A DNA stretch of 64,000 nt from Octopus sinensis (taxonomy: Eukaryota). Positions 63,926 through 64,000 of the stretch are shown here, in pieces. The position numbers were made by a program, and so were the translations under genes. The stretch lies in the NCBI RefSeq assembly GCF_006345805.1, contig NC_043016.1:8494001-8558000 (forward strand). The letters are read 5' to 3'. Each line of letters opens with the position of its first letter. Within the stretch, counting starts at the first letter, position 1. The notes beneath the pieces are model-generated. The model did not search any database. It worked only from the letters and a program-made list of their open reading frames with translations, and was not told the origin of the DNA.

Positions 63926-64000
63926 GTTTTTAATAAATGACTTTCATAAATGATTATTATTAAGAACACCACCTTTAAGTTCAAACTTCCTAAAATATTA

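Overview
AT-rich, microsatellite- and SINE-dense animal genomic DNA. The repeat landscape and protein sequence suggest a coleoid cephalopod, probably Octopus (inferred, not verified). The window holds the 3' two-thirds of a minus-strand STIM gene (ER Ca2+ sensor and Orai activator). Seven coding exons were recovered by hand with GT-AG boundaries and matching phases, from the TM/CC1 exon (58479-58653) through SOAR/CAD to the polybasic tail and stop (15789). One CC1 exon of 3n+1 nt is missing, and the signal-peptide, EF-hand and SAM exons lie beyond 64000. Just downstream of the stop is a 3.2-kb tandem duplication of a degenerate Penelope-like retroelement (RT plus GIY-YIG) with inverted terminal repeats. 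The introns carry several SINE families, mariner remnants, piggyBac-type and 8-bp-TSD MITEs, a Helitron, a possible solo LTR, an RTE-like tail with C2H2 fingers and a 2-kb modular satellite. The most striking unannotated signal is nine hammerhead-ribozyme motifs. One appears fully intact (27475-27523), one is masked by its own antisense arm (57005-57092), and one sits in a retrozyme-like 448-bp unit. RNA structures around STIM exons could also affect splicing or editing: an inverted SINE pair brackets an in-frame CC1 exon, and an array of 5'-splice-site-like motifs follows the SOAR exon. Nearly all entries in the supplied ORF track are microsatellite or SINE artefacts. All structure and function statements come from inspection by eye; no folding or database searches were run.
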